Positions 10,089 to 19,383 of a stretch of 64,000 bases of DNA are shown here, one piece after another. A program made the position numbers and the translations under genes. Each line of letters starts with the position of its first letter. Position 1 is the first letter of the stretch. The stretch is from Candidatus Delongbacteria bacterium (GTDB lineage: Bacteria; CAIWAD01), in contig OY760505.1 in the NCBI GenBank assembly GCA_963663545.1, forward strand, positions 2,336,001-2,400,000. Direction: 5' to 3'. The notes under the pieces are model-generated. The model made no database searches. It had not been told where the DNA came from and saw nothing but the letters and a program-made list of their open reading frames with translations.

Positions 10089-11603
10089 GTGGACGATCCT
10101 TCTGCCTTCGTTGCTCAGTGGGCGGATCTGCTGGATCATCTCGAAGAAGCAGTACTGCTTCTTGACGAGGCCGGTGCGCCCATGTATGCCAATCGTGCCT
10201 GGATTGAACTCGCGGGCCCGCTGCCCGAAGGCGGATTGGTGGCGGCGTTGAGTCGTCTGCCTGGGCGTTTGCCGGGCAACCTGATCAAGGCCTTGCGCGA
10301 ACAGCAACCCTGGCGTGGTGGTCTGCTGGATCTAGAGCGCGATGGTCGCCAGGCTGGATTCGAAGTGGCTTATCGTCCCGCCTCACGCATGCTTGTTCTC
10401 TATGATCGCAGCGAACGCCGACGCTTGGAAACCGAGCTGCTGCAGACACACAAGATGGAATCCCTCGGACATCTGGCGAGCGGTGTAGCACACGATTTTG
10501 CCAATCTGGTGACAGCCATGAACGGCTACTGTGATCTTGTGTTACACCAGATGGGACTTCCCGAACGCTTGCAGCGTGATCTGCGCGAGATCAACAACAT
10601 CGGAACGCGCGCAGCTGAGCTGGTGAATCGCCTGTTAGCCTACAGCCGGAGGCACGACCCACACCGTGAGGATTTTAATCTTAACCGCCTGGTGCAGAGC
10701 CTGGCTGGCATGTTGCGTCGGCTCATCGGTGAACACCTTACACTAGAGCTGGAGCTGGAAGCGGAACACGCGGTGATTTGCGCAGATCGTGCGCAGCTTG
10801 AAATGGCCCTGGTCAATCTGGTGATCAATGCGCGCGATGCCATGCCCGAGGGCGGCGTGATACGCATCCACACCTCCTGTCCGGAGGATGGCCCCGGCGA
10901 GCGGCATCATGTGACACATGGCGGCCGCTGGCTCTTGCTCGAAGTACACGACCAAGGCACCGGAATGGATGAAGACACGCGTCAACGCCTCTTTCAGCCC
11001 TTTTTCTCGACCAAGGCACCGGGCAAGGGGACCGGCCTGGGAATGTCGATGGTCCAACGGGCGATTGAAACGAACGGTGGAGCCATTGAGGTGGAGAGTG
11101 TGCAGGGCGTCGGGAGCAGTTTCCTGCTGTGGCTGCCTGCGCTTCCGGCGCTTTCCGATGTGATACAATCCGAGTTCTGGGCAATGCCCGCCCAGGAGGC
11201 GGGTGTGCTGGTGGTCGAAGACGAGGACGTGCTACGTGAGCTGGCGGCTACGGTTCTGGAGAGCCGTGGATATCAGGTAAAGTGCGCGTGCAATCTTCAG
11301 GAAGCACTGCATTGTTTGGATCACGGCAGCTTTCACACTGTGCTTTGCGATGTTGCGCTACCTGACGGTCACGGCGTGACGCTCGCTGAGCATATTCGAC
11401 GACGTTTGCCGCGAGCGGGAATTATTGTGTGTAGCGCCTATCCTGTTGAGGAGCTGGGCGAGGGAAAGCTGGAGCGCTTGGGCTGTCGCTATCTGCCAAA
11501 GCCTTATGTTCCAGAGTCGCTGTTGGCTGCAGTCAGTAGTGCGAGCCGGTTCCGTGAGTCGTGCGCGCGTACCGAAGATCAACCCCATGGAGTGCTTTCT
11601 TGA
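10089..11603 (+). CDS. Hybrid histidine kinase (PAS-HisKA-HATPase-REC)
   Basis: KMESLGHLASGVAHDF, NARDAM, DQGTGM, FQPFFSTK, GTGLG, REC VVEDE...CDVALP...KPY. Confidence 0.9.
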   Translation: MDDPSAFVAQWADLLDHLEEAVLLLDEAGAPMYANRAWIELAGPLPEGGLVAALSRLPGRLPGNLIKALREQQPWRGGLLDLERDGRQAGFEVAYRPASRMLVLYDRSERRRLETELLQTHKMESLGHLASGVAHDFANLVTAMNGYCDLVLHQMGLPERLQRDLREINNIGTRAAELVNRLLAYSRRHDPHREDFNLNRLVQSLAGMLRRLIGEHLTLELELEAEHAVICADRAQLEMALVNLVINARDAMPEGGVIRIHTSCPEDGPGERHHVTHGGRWLLLEVHDQGTGMDEDTRQRLFQPFFSTKAPGKGTGLGMSMVQRAIETNGGAIEVESVQGVGSSFLLWLPALPALSDVIQSEFWAMPAQEAGVLVVEDEDVLRELAATVLESRGYQVKCACNLQEALHCLDHGSFHTVLCDVALPDGHGVTLAEHIRRRLPRAGIIVCSAYPVEELGEGKLERLGCRYLPKPYVPESLLAAVSSASRFRESCARTEDQPHGVLS

Positions 11604-12187
11604 GACACGCACAAGTTCTGCTATCCCTGCTTCTCTTGTCCCTCAGCCTGTTGAGCTGCAGTCGTCGGGCAGAATCGCTCTTCGACTATTTCCCCGATCG
11701 CAAAGGCACCAGTCGCCAGTATCAGATTTTGGTGGATGGCTTCCAGCGCGGCTTTGTGCGCATCGAGACCAGTTCCATCATGCGCGAACAGGATCAACTT
11801 GGTCTACTGCTAACTGATCCACGCCGGGCGAATCTGCTAGGACGCGAGTCGTTGCTTGTAACACAGGAAGCGCTCTTTTTGGAGCTGCCAGATAAAAACC
11901 TGAAGCTGGCTCTGGTGGAGTGGCCTCCTGCAATTGGCGGCGAGTGGTATGAAGTCCGTAGCGGCGTACTGGCGCGCTGTGTGGAATCCGCATCTGTTCA
12001 AGTGACAGCCGGGACTTTTGACGATGTGTTGCAGATGCACTACCGACTTACGCCTGGCTTCATGCTGGAACACGGCTTTGATGTAAGTGACACACTGGAT
12101 GTCCGTCTATGGCTGGCGCCCCATGAGGGTCCCGTGAAGCTTCAGGTGGGCGAACACACCTTGGAGGAACTTGTTGAGCGCTGGTGA
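11600..12187 (+). CDS. Hypothetical lipoprotein
   Basis: TTG start overlapping the kinase stop, GGAG upstream. Hydrophobic signal with lipobox LLSC; V-x-V-x-AGTF and WLAPxxGPVK motifs of a beta-rich lipoprotein type. Confidence 0.65.
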   Translation: MRHAQVLLSLLLLSLSLLSCSRRAESLFDYFPDRKGTSRQYQILVDGFQRGFVRIETSSIMREQDQLGLLLTDPRRANLLGRESLLVTQEALFLELPDKNLKLALVEWPPAIGGEWYEVRSGVLARCVESASVQVTAGTFDDVLQMHYRLTPGFMLEHGFDVSDTLDVRLWLAPHEGPVKLQVGEHTLEELVERW

Positions 12188-13127
12188 TACACTGCTGCTT
12201 GAACGCGCATTGTTGGCAGCAAGAAACACAATTCTGAAAGCGGGCGTCGACGTGCGAGACGCCTGGCGCAATCACACACGGCTCGAGGTTAACGCCAAGG
12301 GGCGTTTCGATTATGTGACACAGGTGGACAAGAACAGCGAGCGAATCATCTGTGACACGCTGCTGGAACAACTTCCTGAGTTCGGCTTGCTGGGCGAAGA
12401 GGGCAGCCACATCAACCTGGAGAACGAGTATTTCTGGGTTGTTGACCCCTTGGACGGCACAGCCAACTTCATTCATCAGTACCCCGCTTTCGCGATTTCC
12501 ATCGGATTGCTGCAGCGTACGGGTCCGCAGTATCGGCCCGCGCAGGGAGCTTCGGAGGTCCGCTTTCCCGAAGTCTGTAACACGCGCCCCGTGCTTGGTG
12601 TAGTACTCGACGTCTGCCATGATCGCGTTTTCTGGTCTGTGCGCGGCGGTGGAGCCTGGGAAGAGGTACTTCCCGTCAACTGGAAGGACGCCGCAGTTCC
12701 ACGTGCAGTCGGTGAGCTACGCGAGAACAGTACCCGTCTTCGTGTGACAAATGAGCAGCTGAGCACGGCGTTCATGTCAACGGGGTTCCCCGTTCGTCAT
12801 CGCGACCTCTGCCGCCTTTATGTTGAAATGCTAGGTACGCTGCTTCCGCGTGTCAAAGGCTTGCGCCGTGGCGGCTCCGCTGCGCTGGATATGGCCTACA
12901 CCGCTGCCGGACGCTTTGACGGTTTTTTTGAGCTGCACCTTTCTCCCTGGGATATTTGTGCCGGCTGCATGCTGCTGGAAGAAGCCGGCGGCGTCTGCCA
13001 GGGCCTTGGAACCCACGCAATGGCCGATGGCAATATGATTGCGGGGAACGTGGGCTTGGTGCGAGAATTGGCCGAAGTGCTCGAACCTGTCTTAAGCGGA
13101 ACGCTTTCAAGCCCTTGTGAGACTTGA
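12171..13127 (+). CDS. suhB: Inositol monophosphatase family protein
   Basis: DYVTQVD, GEE, WVVDPLDGTANF, RRGGSAALD, WDICAG. Confidence 0.88.
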   Translation: MLSAGDTLLLERALLAARNTILKAGVDVRDAWRNHTRLEVNAKGRFDYVTQVDKNSERIICDTLLEQLPEFGLLGEEGSHINLENEYFWVVDPLDGTANFIHQYPAFAISIGLLQRTGPQYRPAQGASEVRFPEVCNTRPVLGVVLDVCHDRVFWSVRGGGAWEEVLPVNWKDAAVPRAVGELRENSTRLRVTNEQLSTAFMSTGFPVRHRDLCRLYVEMLGTLLPRVKGLRRGGSAALDMAYTAAGRFDGFFELHLSPWDICAGCMLLEEAGGVCQGLGTHAMADGNMIAGNVGLVRELAEVLEPVLSGTLSSPCET

Positions 13128-13152
13128 ATACTATGAGAGTCTTCGCTACTAT
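13124..13152 (+). promoter_or_regulatory. Putative sigma70-type promoter
   Basis: TTGAAT (13124-13129)-N17-TACTAT (13147-13152). Confidence 0.55.
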
Positions 13153-13247
13153 TGAGACTTGGTTAAAACGTATGAGGATCGCTGTGATCAAGATGCCTAT
13201 ACCGTGCATCAAACTTGATCTGAACTACAGACGACTCTAACTACTCT

Positions 13248-13276
13248 GTGCACCCCTAAAGCGGGTGCATTTTTTT
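13248..13276 (+). terminator. Rho-independent terminator immediately upstream of the zinc-ribbon gene RBS
   Basis: TGCACCC-ctaaagc-GGGTGCA followed by T7. Confidence 0.75.
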
Positions 13277-13294
13277 CTCCTCAAGGAGGCTGCG

Positions 13295-14029
13295 TTGAAG
13301 AAGGAACTGCATTTGTTAATCGAGCTGCAGAAGATCGATAATCAGTTCCGCGAGCTGGAGATCTCCAAGGGCACCCTGCCACAGGAGCTGGCCCGCCTGG
13401 AAAAGGAAGAGCAAGATCTGCGCGTAAGTCGTGGCGCACTCGAATCCCGGCTTACTGAGCTTGGGAAAGAGGTGACGACCTGCGAGAAGCGGGATGGCGA
13501 GCTTAAGAACAAGATCGCCCACCTGCAGGAGCGCCTCTTCGCTACTCAAACCAACCAGGAATATGAGGCGGTGACTCGCGAAATCGACTGGCATCAGGAT
13601 CAGTTGAGCGAGAACGAGTTGCGCATGCAGCAAGGCATGGAGCAGCAGGAAGAGCTGCAAACCGACCTTGGCAGCAGTGCCGATCGTGCCGCTGAATTGG
13701 AGGGCATGCTGGGACGCATGCGCGAACAATACGGCGAGCAGAACGCAGCCACCGCTGACCGGGCCAAGGAGCTCGAGGTTCAGCGTGAGGAGCTGGTGGG
13801 GCAGATTCCGCGTCAGCTTCTCTCGCACTATGAGCGTATCCGCAAAGCCAAGGATGGCCGTGGCGTCGTGAGTGTCTACCACGGCAGCTCCTGCGGTGGA
13901 TGCTTTCAGACCTTGCCTCCGCATCGGATCAACCAGATCCGTCGGATGAACGAAGTGACCTTCTGCGAGATCTGTGGACGTTTCCTTGTCAGCGATCTGC
14001 TCGAGGAGCTGGAGTCCGCAAGGGGCTGA
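13295..14029 (+). CDS. Coiled-coil/C4 zinc-ribbon protein (DUF164, CT398/HP0958-like)
   Basis: LQKID N-terminus, long coiled coil, YERIR, CGGC...CEICGR. TTG start at 13295 after AAGGAGG. Confidence 0.88.
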   Translation: MKKELHLLIELQKIDNQFRELEISKGTLPQELARLEKEEQDLRVSRGALESRLTELGKEVTTCEKRDGELKNKIAHLQERLFATQTNQEYEAVTREIDWHQDQLSENELRMQQGMEQQEELQTDLGSSADRAAELEGMLGRMREQYGEQNAATADRAKELEVQREELVGQIPRQLLSHYERIRKAKDGRGVVSVYHGSSCGGCFQTLPPHRINQIRRMNEVTFCEICGRFLVSDLLEELESARG

Positions 14030-14050
14030 TGGTCCACTATTTGTGACCCA

Positions 14051-14419
14051 GGGCCGGAGCAGGCCCGTGGCCGCCGTACCTTATTCAGTGGTGCGGAGGA
14101 AAGTCCGGACTTCATAGGGCAGGACGCCCGTATGGGGCGCCGCGAGGCGACGGAAAGTGCCACAGAAAATATACCGCCAGCCTTCGGGTTGGTAAGGGTG
14201 AAATGGTGCGGCCCGGGAGCAACCGGGCTTAATGTAAGAGCGCACCGCGCGACGGGTAATCGTCGTGGCAGGGTAAACCCCGTCCGAAGCAAGACCAAGC
14301 AGGTCCCGTGGACGGCCCGTTCGGTGATGTGAATCACCAGGGACCGGGTAGGTCGCGTAGATCAATGGCCACACGGCCTTCGGGCCGAACAGAATCCGGC
14401 TTATGACCTGCTCCGGCCC
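14051..14419 (+). ncRNA. rnpB: RNase P RNA (bacterial type A)
   Basis: GAGGAAAGTCC (14096-14106), ACAGAATCCGGCTTAT (14389-14404), GGTGAAATGGTGCGG, AAGAGCGCACCG. 13-bp terminal helix GGGCCGGAGCAGG/CCTGCTCCGGCCC. Confidence 0.96.
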
Positions 14420-14470
14420 CGGGTTCACAAACCTCTGGATGTGTTGAGATTATGAATACATGGAGAAAGC

Positions 14471-16258
14471 ATGGATCTTCTGTGGGTTCACCCGGGAGAT
14501 CTGCAACATGACCAGAGGGTACTAGATGTCGCGAACACCCTGACATTGCCTCCTGCCATTGCCGCCGTACTGGTGGGCAACGGCATCGAATCTCCTGAGG
14601 CCGTAAAGGCTTATTTCAATCCTGGTGTCGAGCAGCTACACAATCCGTTGCTCATGCGGGATATGCAGGTGGCCGTTGACCACCTTTACGATGCGTTGCT
14701 GGAAAGGCAGCGAATCGTGTTGTATGGAGATTACGATGTCGATGGTGTTACCTCGGTCGCGTTGCTATATCTCTTCCTCAAGGACATCGGTGGCGATGTT
14801 CTCTACCACATTCCTGAGCGGAAGCGGGAAGGTTACGGCCTTTCCATCGAAGCGGTGGAAGACATACACCGTGAGGGTGGCCGTCTGCTGCTGACCGTCG
14901 ATACCGGGACCACGGCGCACGCCGAGATCGCCCGGGCCCGCGAGCTGGGAATGGAAGTCATTGTTTGTGACCATCATCAGGCAGCCGAGGAACTGCCTGT
15001 GGCCACAGCGATTCTAAACCCCAAACGCGCAGACGACGAGTATCCCTTCAAGGAGCTTGCCGCCGTCGGTGTGGCCTACAAGCTGGGGCAGGCGCTGGTG
15101 GAGCGGCTCGGTCTGGATCAGAGCGTGCTGCACCGCTACCTGGACCTGGTGGCCATCGGCAGTGCGGCGGACATTGTGCCACTGCGCGGAGAAAACCGCG
15201 TGCTGGCCAGTCTAGGGCTGCGCAAACTGAACCAGCGGCCGTTGACGGGCGTGGGCGCTCTGCTCAATGTCAGCGGGTTGGTACGTCGTGAAGTGGGCGT
15301 CAGCGGCATCATTTTCGGGCTGGCGCCGCGCATCAACGCCGTGGGCCGCCTGGGCAGTGCCGAACGAGCGGTGCGTTTGCTGGTGACCAAGGATCGTGAG
15401 ACGGCGCGTAGCGTCGCTCAGGTGCTGGAGCAAGAAAACCGCCAGCGCAAGTCCATTGATCACAACACCCTGGACGACGCACTGGTGAAGGTGGAGCAGG
15501 AGTGCGATCTGGAGAACGATCGCGTCATCGTGCTTGCCAAGCGCATGTGGCACAGCGGAGTTATTGGCATTGTTGCCAGCCGGATCATCGAGAAGTATCA
15601 CCGTCCGACGGTGATGATCACAGTGGATGAGGACGGTCTGGGCAAGGGCAGTGCGCGCAGCATTCCCGGCTTCGACATCTACGAGGCACTCAAAGCCAAC
15701 GAAGATCTGCTGGAGCAGTTCGGCGGGCACAAGTACGCGGCCGGGCTCACCATTCGCGAGGAGAACATTCCCGCGCTACGTGAGCGACTCAAGAACTGGT
15801 GCAGCAAACGATTGGGCGACGGTGATTTGGTGCCGCGTTTGCGCATCGATTGCGAAATCGATCTGGATGCCATTAATCGCGAGTTTCTGGATCTGCTCAA
15901 GCGCTTCGCACCTTACGGTCCCAAAAACCAGCAGCCGCTGTTTCTGACCCGCAATGTGACTATGGTGGGTGAGCCGCGCATTGTCGGCAACGGACATTTG
16001 TTTGGTCGCGTGGTACAGGACGGCATCGAATACGATTTCATCGGCTACGGCAAATCGCGCCTGCTGGATGGCCTGGGCGGCGATGGTGATGCGGTGGATT
16101 TGGTGTATTCGGTGGCTGACAATCAGTGGCGCGGCCGCAGTTGCATTCAGTTGCAGATTCGCGATATCTGCGCGACGGGCTTCCGCACAATGGTTCCACG
16201 GGAAGTGCGTGATACAGAGGTCGACGAAGAGCTTGATCTACAGGAAGAGGAAGAATGA
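14471..16258 (+). CDS. recJ: ssDNA-specific exonuclease RecJ
   Basis: YGDYDVDG, EGYG, TVDTG, DHH, ADIVPL, PRINAVGRL, GSARS, FGGHKYAAG. Confidence 0.96.
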   Translation: MDLLWVHPGDLQHDQRVLDVANTLTLPPAIAAVLVGNGIESPEAVKAYFNPGVEQLHNPLLMRDMQVAVDHLYDALLERQRIVLYGDYDVDGVTSVALLYLFLKDIGGDVLYHIPERKREGYGLSIEAVEDIHREGGRLLLTVDTGTTAHAEIARARELGMEVIVCDHHQAAEELPVATAILNPKRADDEYPFKELAAVGVAYKLGQALVERLGLDQSVLHRYLDLVAIGSAADIVPLRGENRVLASLGLRKLNQRPLTGVGALLNVSGLVRREVGVSGIIFGLAPRINAVGRLGSAERAVRLLVTKDRETARSVAQVLEQENRQRKSIDHNTLDDALVKVEQECDLENDRVIVLAKRMWHSGVIGIVASRIIEKYHRPTVMITVDEDGLGKGSARSIPGFDIYEALKANEDLLEQFGGHKYAAGLTIREENIPALRERLKNWCSKRLGDGDLVPRLRIDCEIDLDAINREFLDLLKRFAPYGPKNQQPLFLTRNVTMVGEPRIVGNGHLFGRVVQDGIEYDFIGYGKSRLLDGLGGDGDAVDLVYSVADNQWRGRSCIQLQIRDICATGFRTMVPREVRDTEVDEELDLQEEEE

Positions 16259-17058
16259 GCCACGTCGGCTTTGAAGAATTCCCTTCCTTTTCTGCGCTTG
16301 CGGTGGATTTTGGCCGCTTGCGATTTGATCGCGGTCAGCGTGTGGGGCGCGGAGGAATGCGTCTGCGCACGCAATTGCATGTGGCACCCTGCCTGCTGCG
16401 TTTGCCTGGAGATCGGTTGGTGATGGTGGATACGGGCTTCGATCCGGCGCTTCCTGCACGGGAAGTGGGTGTGGAATGGCTGCCGCCACAACTGAATCCG
16501 CTGGATCAGCTTTCTGCGCAGGGCATCTGGCCCGACGACATTTCGGACGTGGTGCTCACGCATCTGCATTCGGATCACGCCACCGGCCTGCTTGACCGTG
16601 AGACAGGAAAAAGCCTATTTCCCAACGCCGGAATTCATGTGCAGCGATTGGCGCTGCAGCACGCGCAGGAGTCGCTAGCGAAAGGACCGCAGCACTTCCT
16701 CGATCGTGTCCTCGTGGAGTGGCTTGTATCACATCCGCGCCTTGAGGTCCACGAAGAACGCTGGCAATTGTGCGAGGAGCTGCGTGCGATTCACACGGGC
16801 GGTCACACGCCGGGGCATCAGGTCTTGTTTGCGGGCGAGGAGCCGGGAGACGAGAATGCCTGTCTGCTACTAGGCGGGGACATGATTCCCCTGGTGACTG
16901 CGCTGGAAGAACGCTTTCGCTCCAGTAGTGATATGGAACCCGATACTGCCGCGAGCGAGCGCGAAGTGCTCCGCGGCTTTGGTGGTCGTTTGACCTATTA
17001 CTTGTATCACGCGGCACCCGGAACGCGCTTTCATCGGGCGTCGTCGCGAACAAGCTGA
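16255..17058 (+). CDS. MBL-fold metallo-hydrolase
   Basis: VDTG, THLHSDH, GHTPGH, GGD. Confidence 0.88.
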   Translation: MSHVGFEEFPSFSALAVDFGRLRFDRGQRVGRGGMRLRTQLHVAPCLLRLPGDRLVMVDTGFDPALPAREVGVEWLPPQLNPLDQLSAQGIWPDDISDVVLTHLHSDHATGLLDRETGKSLFPNAGIHVQRLALQHAQESLAKGPQHFLDRVLVEWLVSHPRLEVHEERWQLCEELRAIHTGGHTPGHQVLFAGEEPGDENACLLLGGDMIPLVTALEERFRSSSDMEPDTAASEREVLRGFGGRLTYYLYHAAPGTRFHRASSRTS

Positions 17059-17073
17059 CAAGGAGACAGAAAG

Positions 17074-17562
17074 GTGCTCAATTCCAGACGGGCGGCCCGT
17101 GAGATGGCTGTGTTGATTCTTTACGCACAGCAGACCTCCGGACTTCCGCTTAGCGAGGTCATGGATCGCACCTGGGAGCTGATCCGCCGGCTCGAGTTGG
17201 AGCTTGAACCGGAAGAACGGCTGGATCCGGGCGAACTCGACCGGGATTCGGTCTACGGCAAGTTCATGCGCGAACTGGTGCTCAAGACCATCCGTGATAC
17301 GGAAGTCATCGATCAGATTATTGCCGAGCGTGCCCACAAGTGGGATCTGGAGCGTATTGCGCGTCTGGATCGTATCATCATGCGTGTGGGTATTGCCGAG
17401 ATGCTGCACTTCCCGGACATCCCAGACAAGGTTTCGATTAACGAAGCCATCGAGATTGGCAAGAAGTACTCGACAGACAATAGCGGCAAGTTCATCAACG
17501 GCATCCTGGACAGCGTCAAATCGCTGATCCCCGAACTGCGCAAGCGCTTCGACGAGGAGTAA
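17074..17562 (+). CDS. nusB: Transcription antitermination factor NusB
   Basis: SRRAAREMA, WDLERI, VSINEAIEIGKKY, FINGILD. Confidence 0.95.
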   Translation: MLNSRRAAREMAVLILYAQQTSGLPLSEVMDRTWELIRRLELELEPEERLDPGELDRDSVYGKFMRELVLKTIRDTEVIDQIIAERAHKWDLERIARLDRIIMRVGIAEMLHFPDIPDKVSINEAIEIGKKYSTDNSGKFINGILDSVKSLIPELRKRFDEE

Positions 17563-18716
17563 TGACCGGCGGTCTGATGATCGTGGCCGGTGAGCCCTCG
17601 GGGGATACGATTGCTGCGCACGCGCTGCGCGAGCTGAAACCGCTTGTGTCACAGGATCTACCGGTCTTTGGCGTGGGTGGTGATGAGCTTGCAGCTGCGG
17701 GCATGGATCTGTGTCACCATTACCGCGATATCGCTGTGATGGGTGTTGCCGATGTGATACGTACTCTCGGCCGGGTGCTTGGCGCGATCCGTCAGGTGGA
17801 AGCACTTGCGCGAGAACGCAAGCCGGATGTACTGCTATTGGTTGACTTCCCCGGTTTCAACCTGAGGCTGGCCAAGCGTCTCCACGGCATTGTTCCACGA
17901 GTCGTGTATTACATCAGTCCGAAGTACTGGGCCTGGAAACGGAACCGTCTGCACTCGGTGATACGACACACGGACTGCCAGCTGTTGATCTTTCCGTTTG
18001 AGGAAGCCGACTACCGGAAACTGGGCGCTCCTGCCGAGTATGTGGGGCATCCGGTTCTTGACCTGGTGCAGCAGGCGCCGGTGCATAGCGACGCGCGGTT
18101 GAAGCTCGGACTGCGTCCGGATCAGCCTGCGGTTGCCCTTTTCCCGGGCAGCCGTTCGGGAGAGTTGAAGCGCCACCTTCCAGTACTACAACAATGTGTC
18201 ACCATGCTTGAAGATATGGAGCTGCAGCTCATACTGCAGTTGCCAGCAGGTGTGGACAAGACAACTGCAGAAGATGCTGAGTATCGCTTTCGAGCTTGTC
18301 GCGTGATACGCGGCGAAGTGTATACTGTCCTCTCTGCGGTCGATGTAGCGCTTGTGGCCAGCGGAACTCTCAGTCTGGAGGCAGCCGCGCTTGGGCTTCC
18401 GCACCTTGTGTATTACAAGATTGATCGGCTAGCCTGGCAACTGGCGAAACTCTTTGTCCGCCTTCGTTATGTATCACCCGCGAACATCGTTGCAGAACGG
18501 GAGCTTGTTCCCGAGTTCCTACAGGACGATGCTTCACCCACACGCATGGCCAATTGGGTGCTCAAACGGTTACAGCAGTGGAATCCCGCACCTGGCGTTG
18601 TGGATGCAAGTCTGCGTGATACGGTGACACAAGTCCTTGGCGGCCCCGGTGCAAGCAAACGTGCGGCAGAAGCCCTCTTTCGCGAGCTCAAGGAGACGCG
18701 CAATGGCCAGAGTTAA
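17562..18716 (+). CDS. lpxB: Lipid-A-disaccharide synthase
   Basis: AGEPSGD, VDFPGFN, SPKYWAW, YVGHP, FPGSR, SGTLSLE, VPEFLQ. Confidence 0.93.
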   Translation: MTGGLMIVAGEPSGDTIAAHALRELKPLVSQDLPVFGVGGDELAAAGMDLCHHYRDIAVMGVADVIRTLGRVLGAIRQVEALARERKPDVLLLVDFPGFNLRLAKRLHGIVPRVVYYISPKYWAWKRNRLHSVIRHTDCQLLIFPFEEADYRKLGAPAEYVGHPVLDLVQQAPVHSDARLKLGLRPDQPAVALFPGSRSGELKRHLPVLQQCVTMLEDMELQLILQLPAGVDKTTAEDAEYRFRACRVIRGEVYTVLSAVDVALVASGTLSLEAAALGLPHLVYYKIDRLAWQLAKLFVRLRYVSPANIVAERELVPEFLQDDASPTRMANWVLKRLQQWNPAPGVVDASLRDTVTQVLGGPGASKRAAEALFRELKETRNGQS

Positions 18717-19383
18717 GGACCTTCGACGCCGCGCACAAACCTGGCTAGTGGGTGAGTTGGGATGGATTCTGCTGCGACTGCTGCGACTGACAGTCAGACC
18801 AAGGCTAGTGAACCGCGAGCTCTTTGATCGACTTCGCAAAGAGCGGCGCACATTTTTGGTCGCCTTCTGGCATGGCCGCCTGCTGTACCCGGCAATGGCG
18901 CATTCCAATCTGGGTATCACGCCGCTGATCTCGCTTTCACGCGATGGCGAGATGATTGCTCGCACGATTGAGAAGCTTGGCTATCGCACGATACGCGGAT
19001 CGGGTTCGCGCGGCAGCCGCAAAGCGATGGATGAGATGATAGCCTTGGCCAAACAGCCGGGGCAGATTCTAGTGATAACACCTGACGGTCCGCGTGGCCC
19101 GCGTCATGTGCTGCAACCCGGTACGGTGAAGATTGCGCGCGAGGCTGGCATTCCCATCATGCCGCTCTCGTTTGCCACAGCAAAGCCGATTGTTTTTGGC
19201 AGCTGGGATCGTTTTCAGTTCTGGAAACCCTTTTCGCGGCTGGTAATGATCTATGGCGATCTGATCGAGCTGGATCCGGAGGGCGATTTTGCTGAGCAGG
19301 TGGAAATGGTACGACAGCGACTGATCGAAATTGAAGAGCGCTGTGATACATGCTTCGGCAAGGATGGCCGCGATAATGGCTGA
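18703..19383 (+). CDS. Lysophospholipid acyltransferase family protein (DUF374-like)
   Basis: FWHG, SRDGE, IRGS, ITPDGPRGP, SWDRF; lies between lpxB and lpxK. Start re-called to ATG 18703. Confidence 0.85.
   Translation: MARVKDLRRRAQTWLVGELGWILLRLLRLTVRPRLVNRELFDRLRKERRTFLVAFWHGRLLYPAMAHSNLGITPLISLSRDGEMIARTIEKLGYRTIRGSGSRGSRKAMDEMIALAKQPGQILVITPDGPRGPRHVLQPGTVKIAREAGIPIMPLSFATAKPIVFGSWDRFQFWKPFSRLVMIYGDLIELDPEGDFAEQVEMVRQRLIEIEERCDTCFGKDGRDNG

Noticed and set aside
12500..12750. Two ~20-aa insertions in SuhB (and a similar one in AmgK)
   Set aside because: Probably surface loops; catalytic motifs are intact and there are no intein or mobile-element signatures.
13130..13280. 6S RNA or a known riboswitch
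   Set aside because: Too short for typical 6S, no clear central bubble and no recognised aptamer consensus; kept only as an unclassified candidate RNA.
14081..14428. ORFs overlapping rnpB (14081-14428, 14132-14332, 13906-14337)
   Set aside because: The region is explained by the RNase P RNA.
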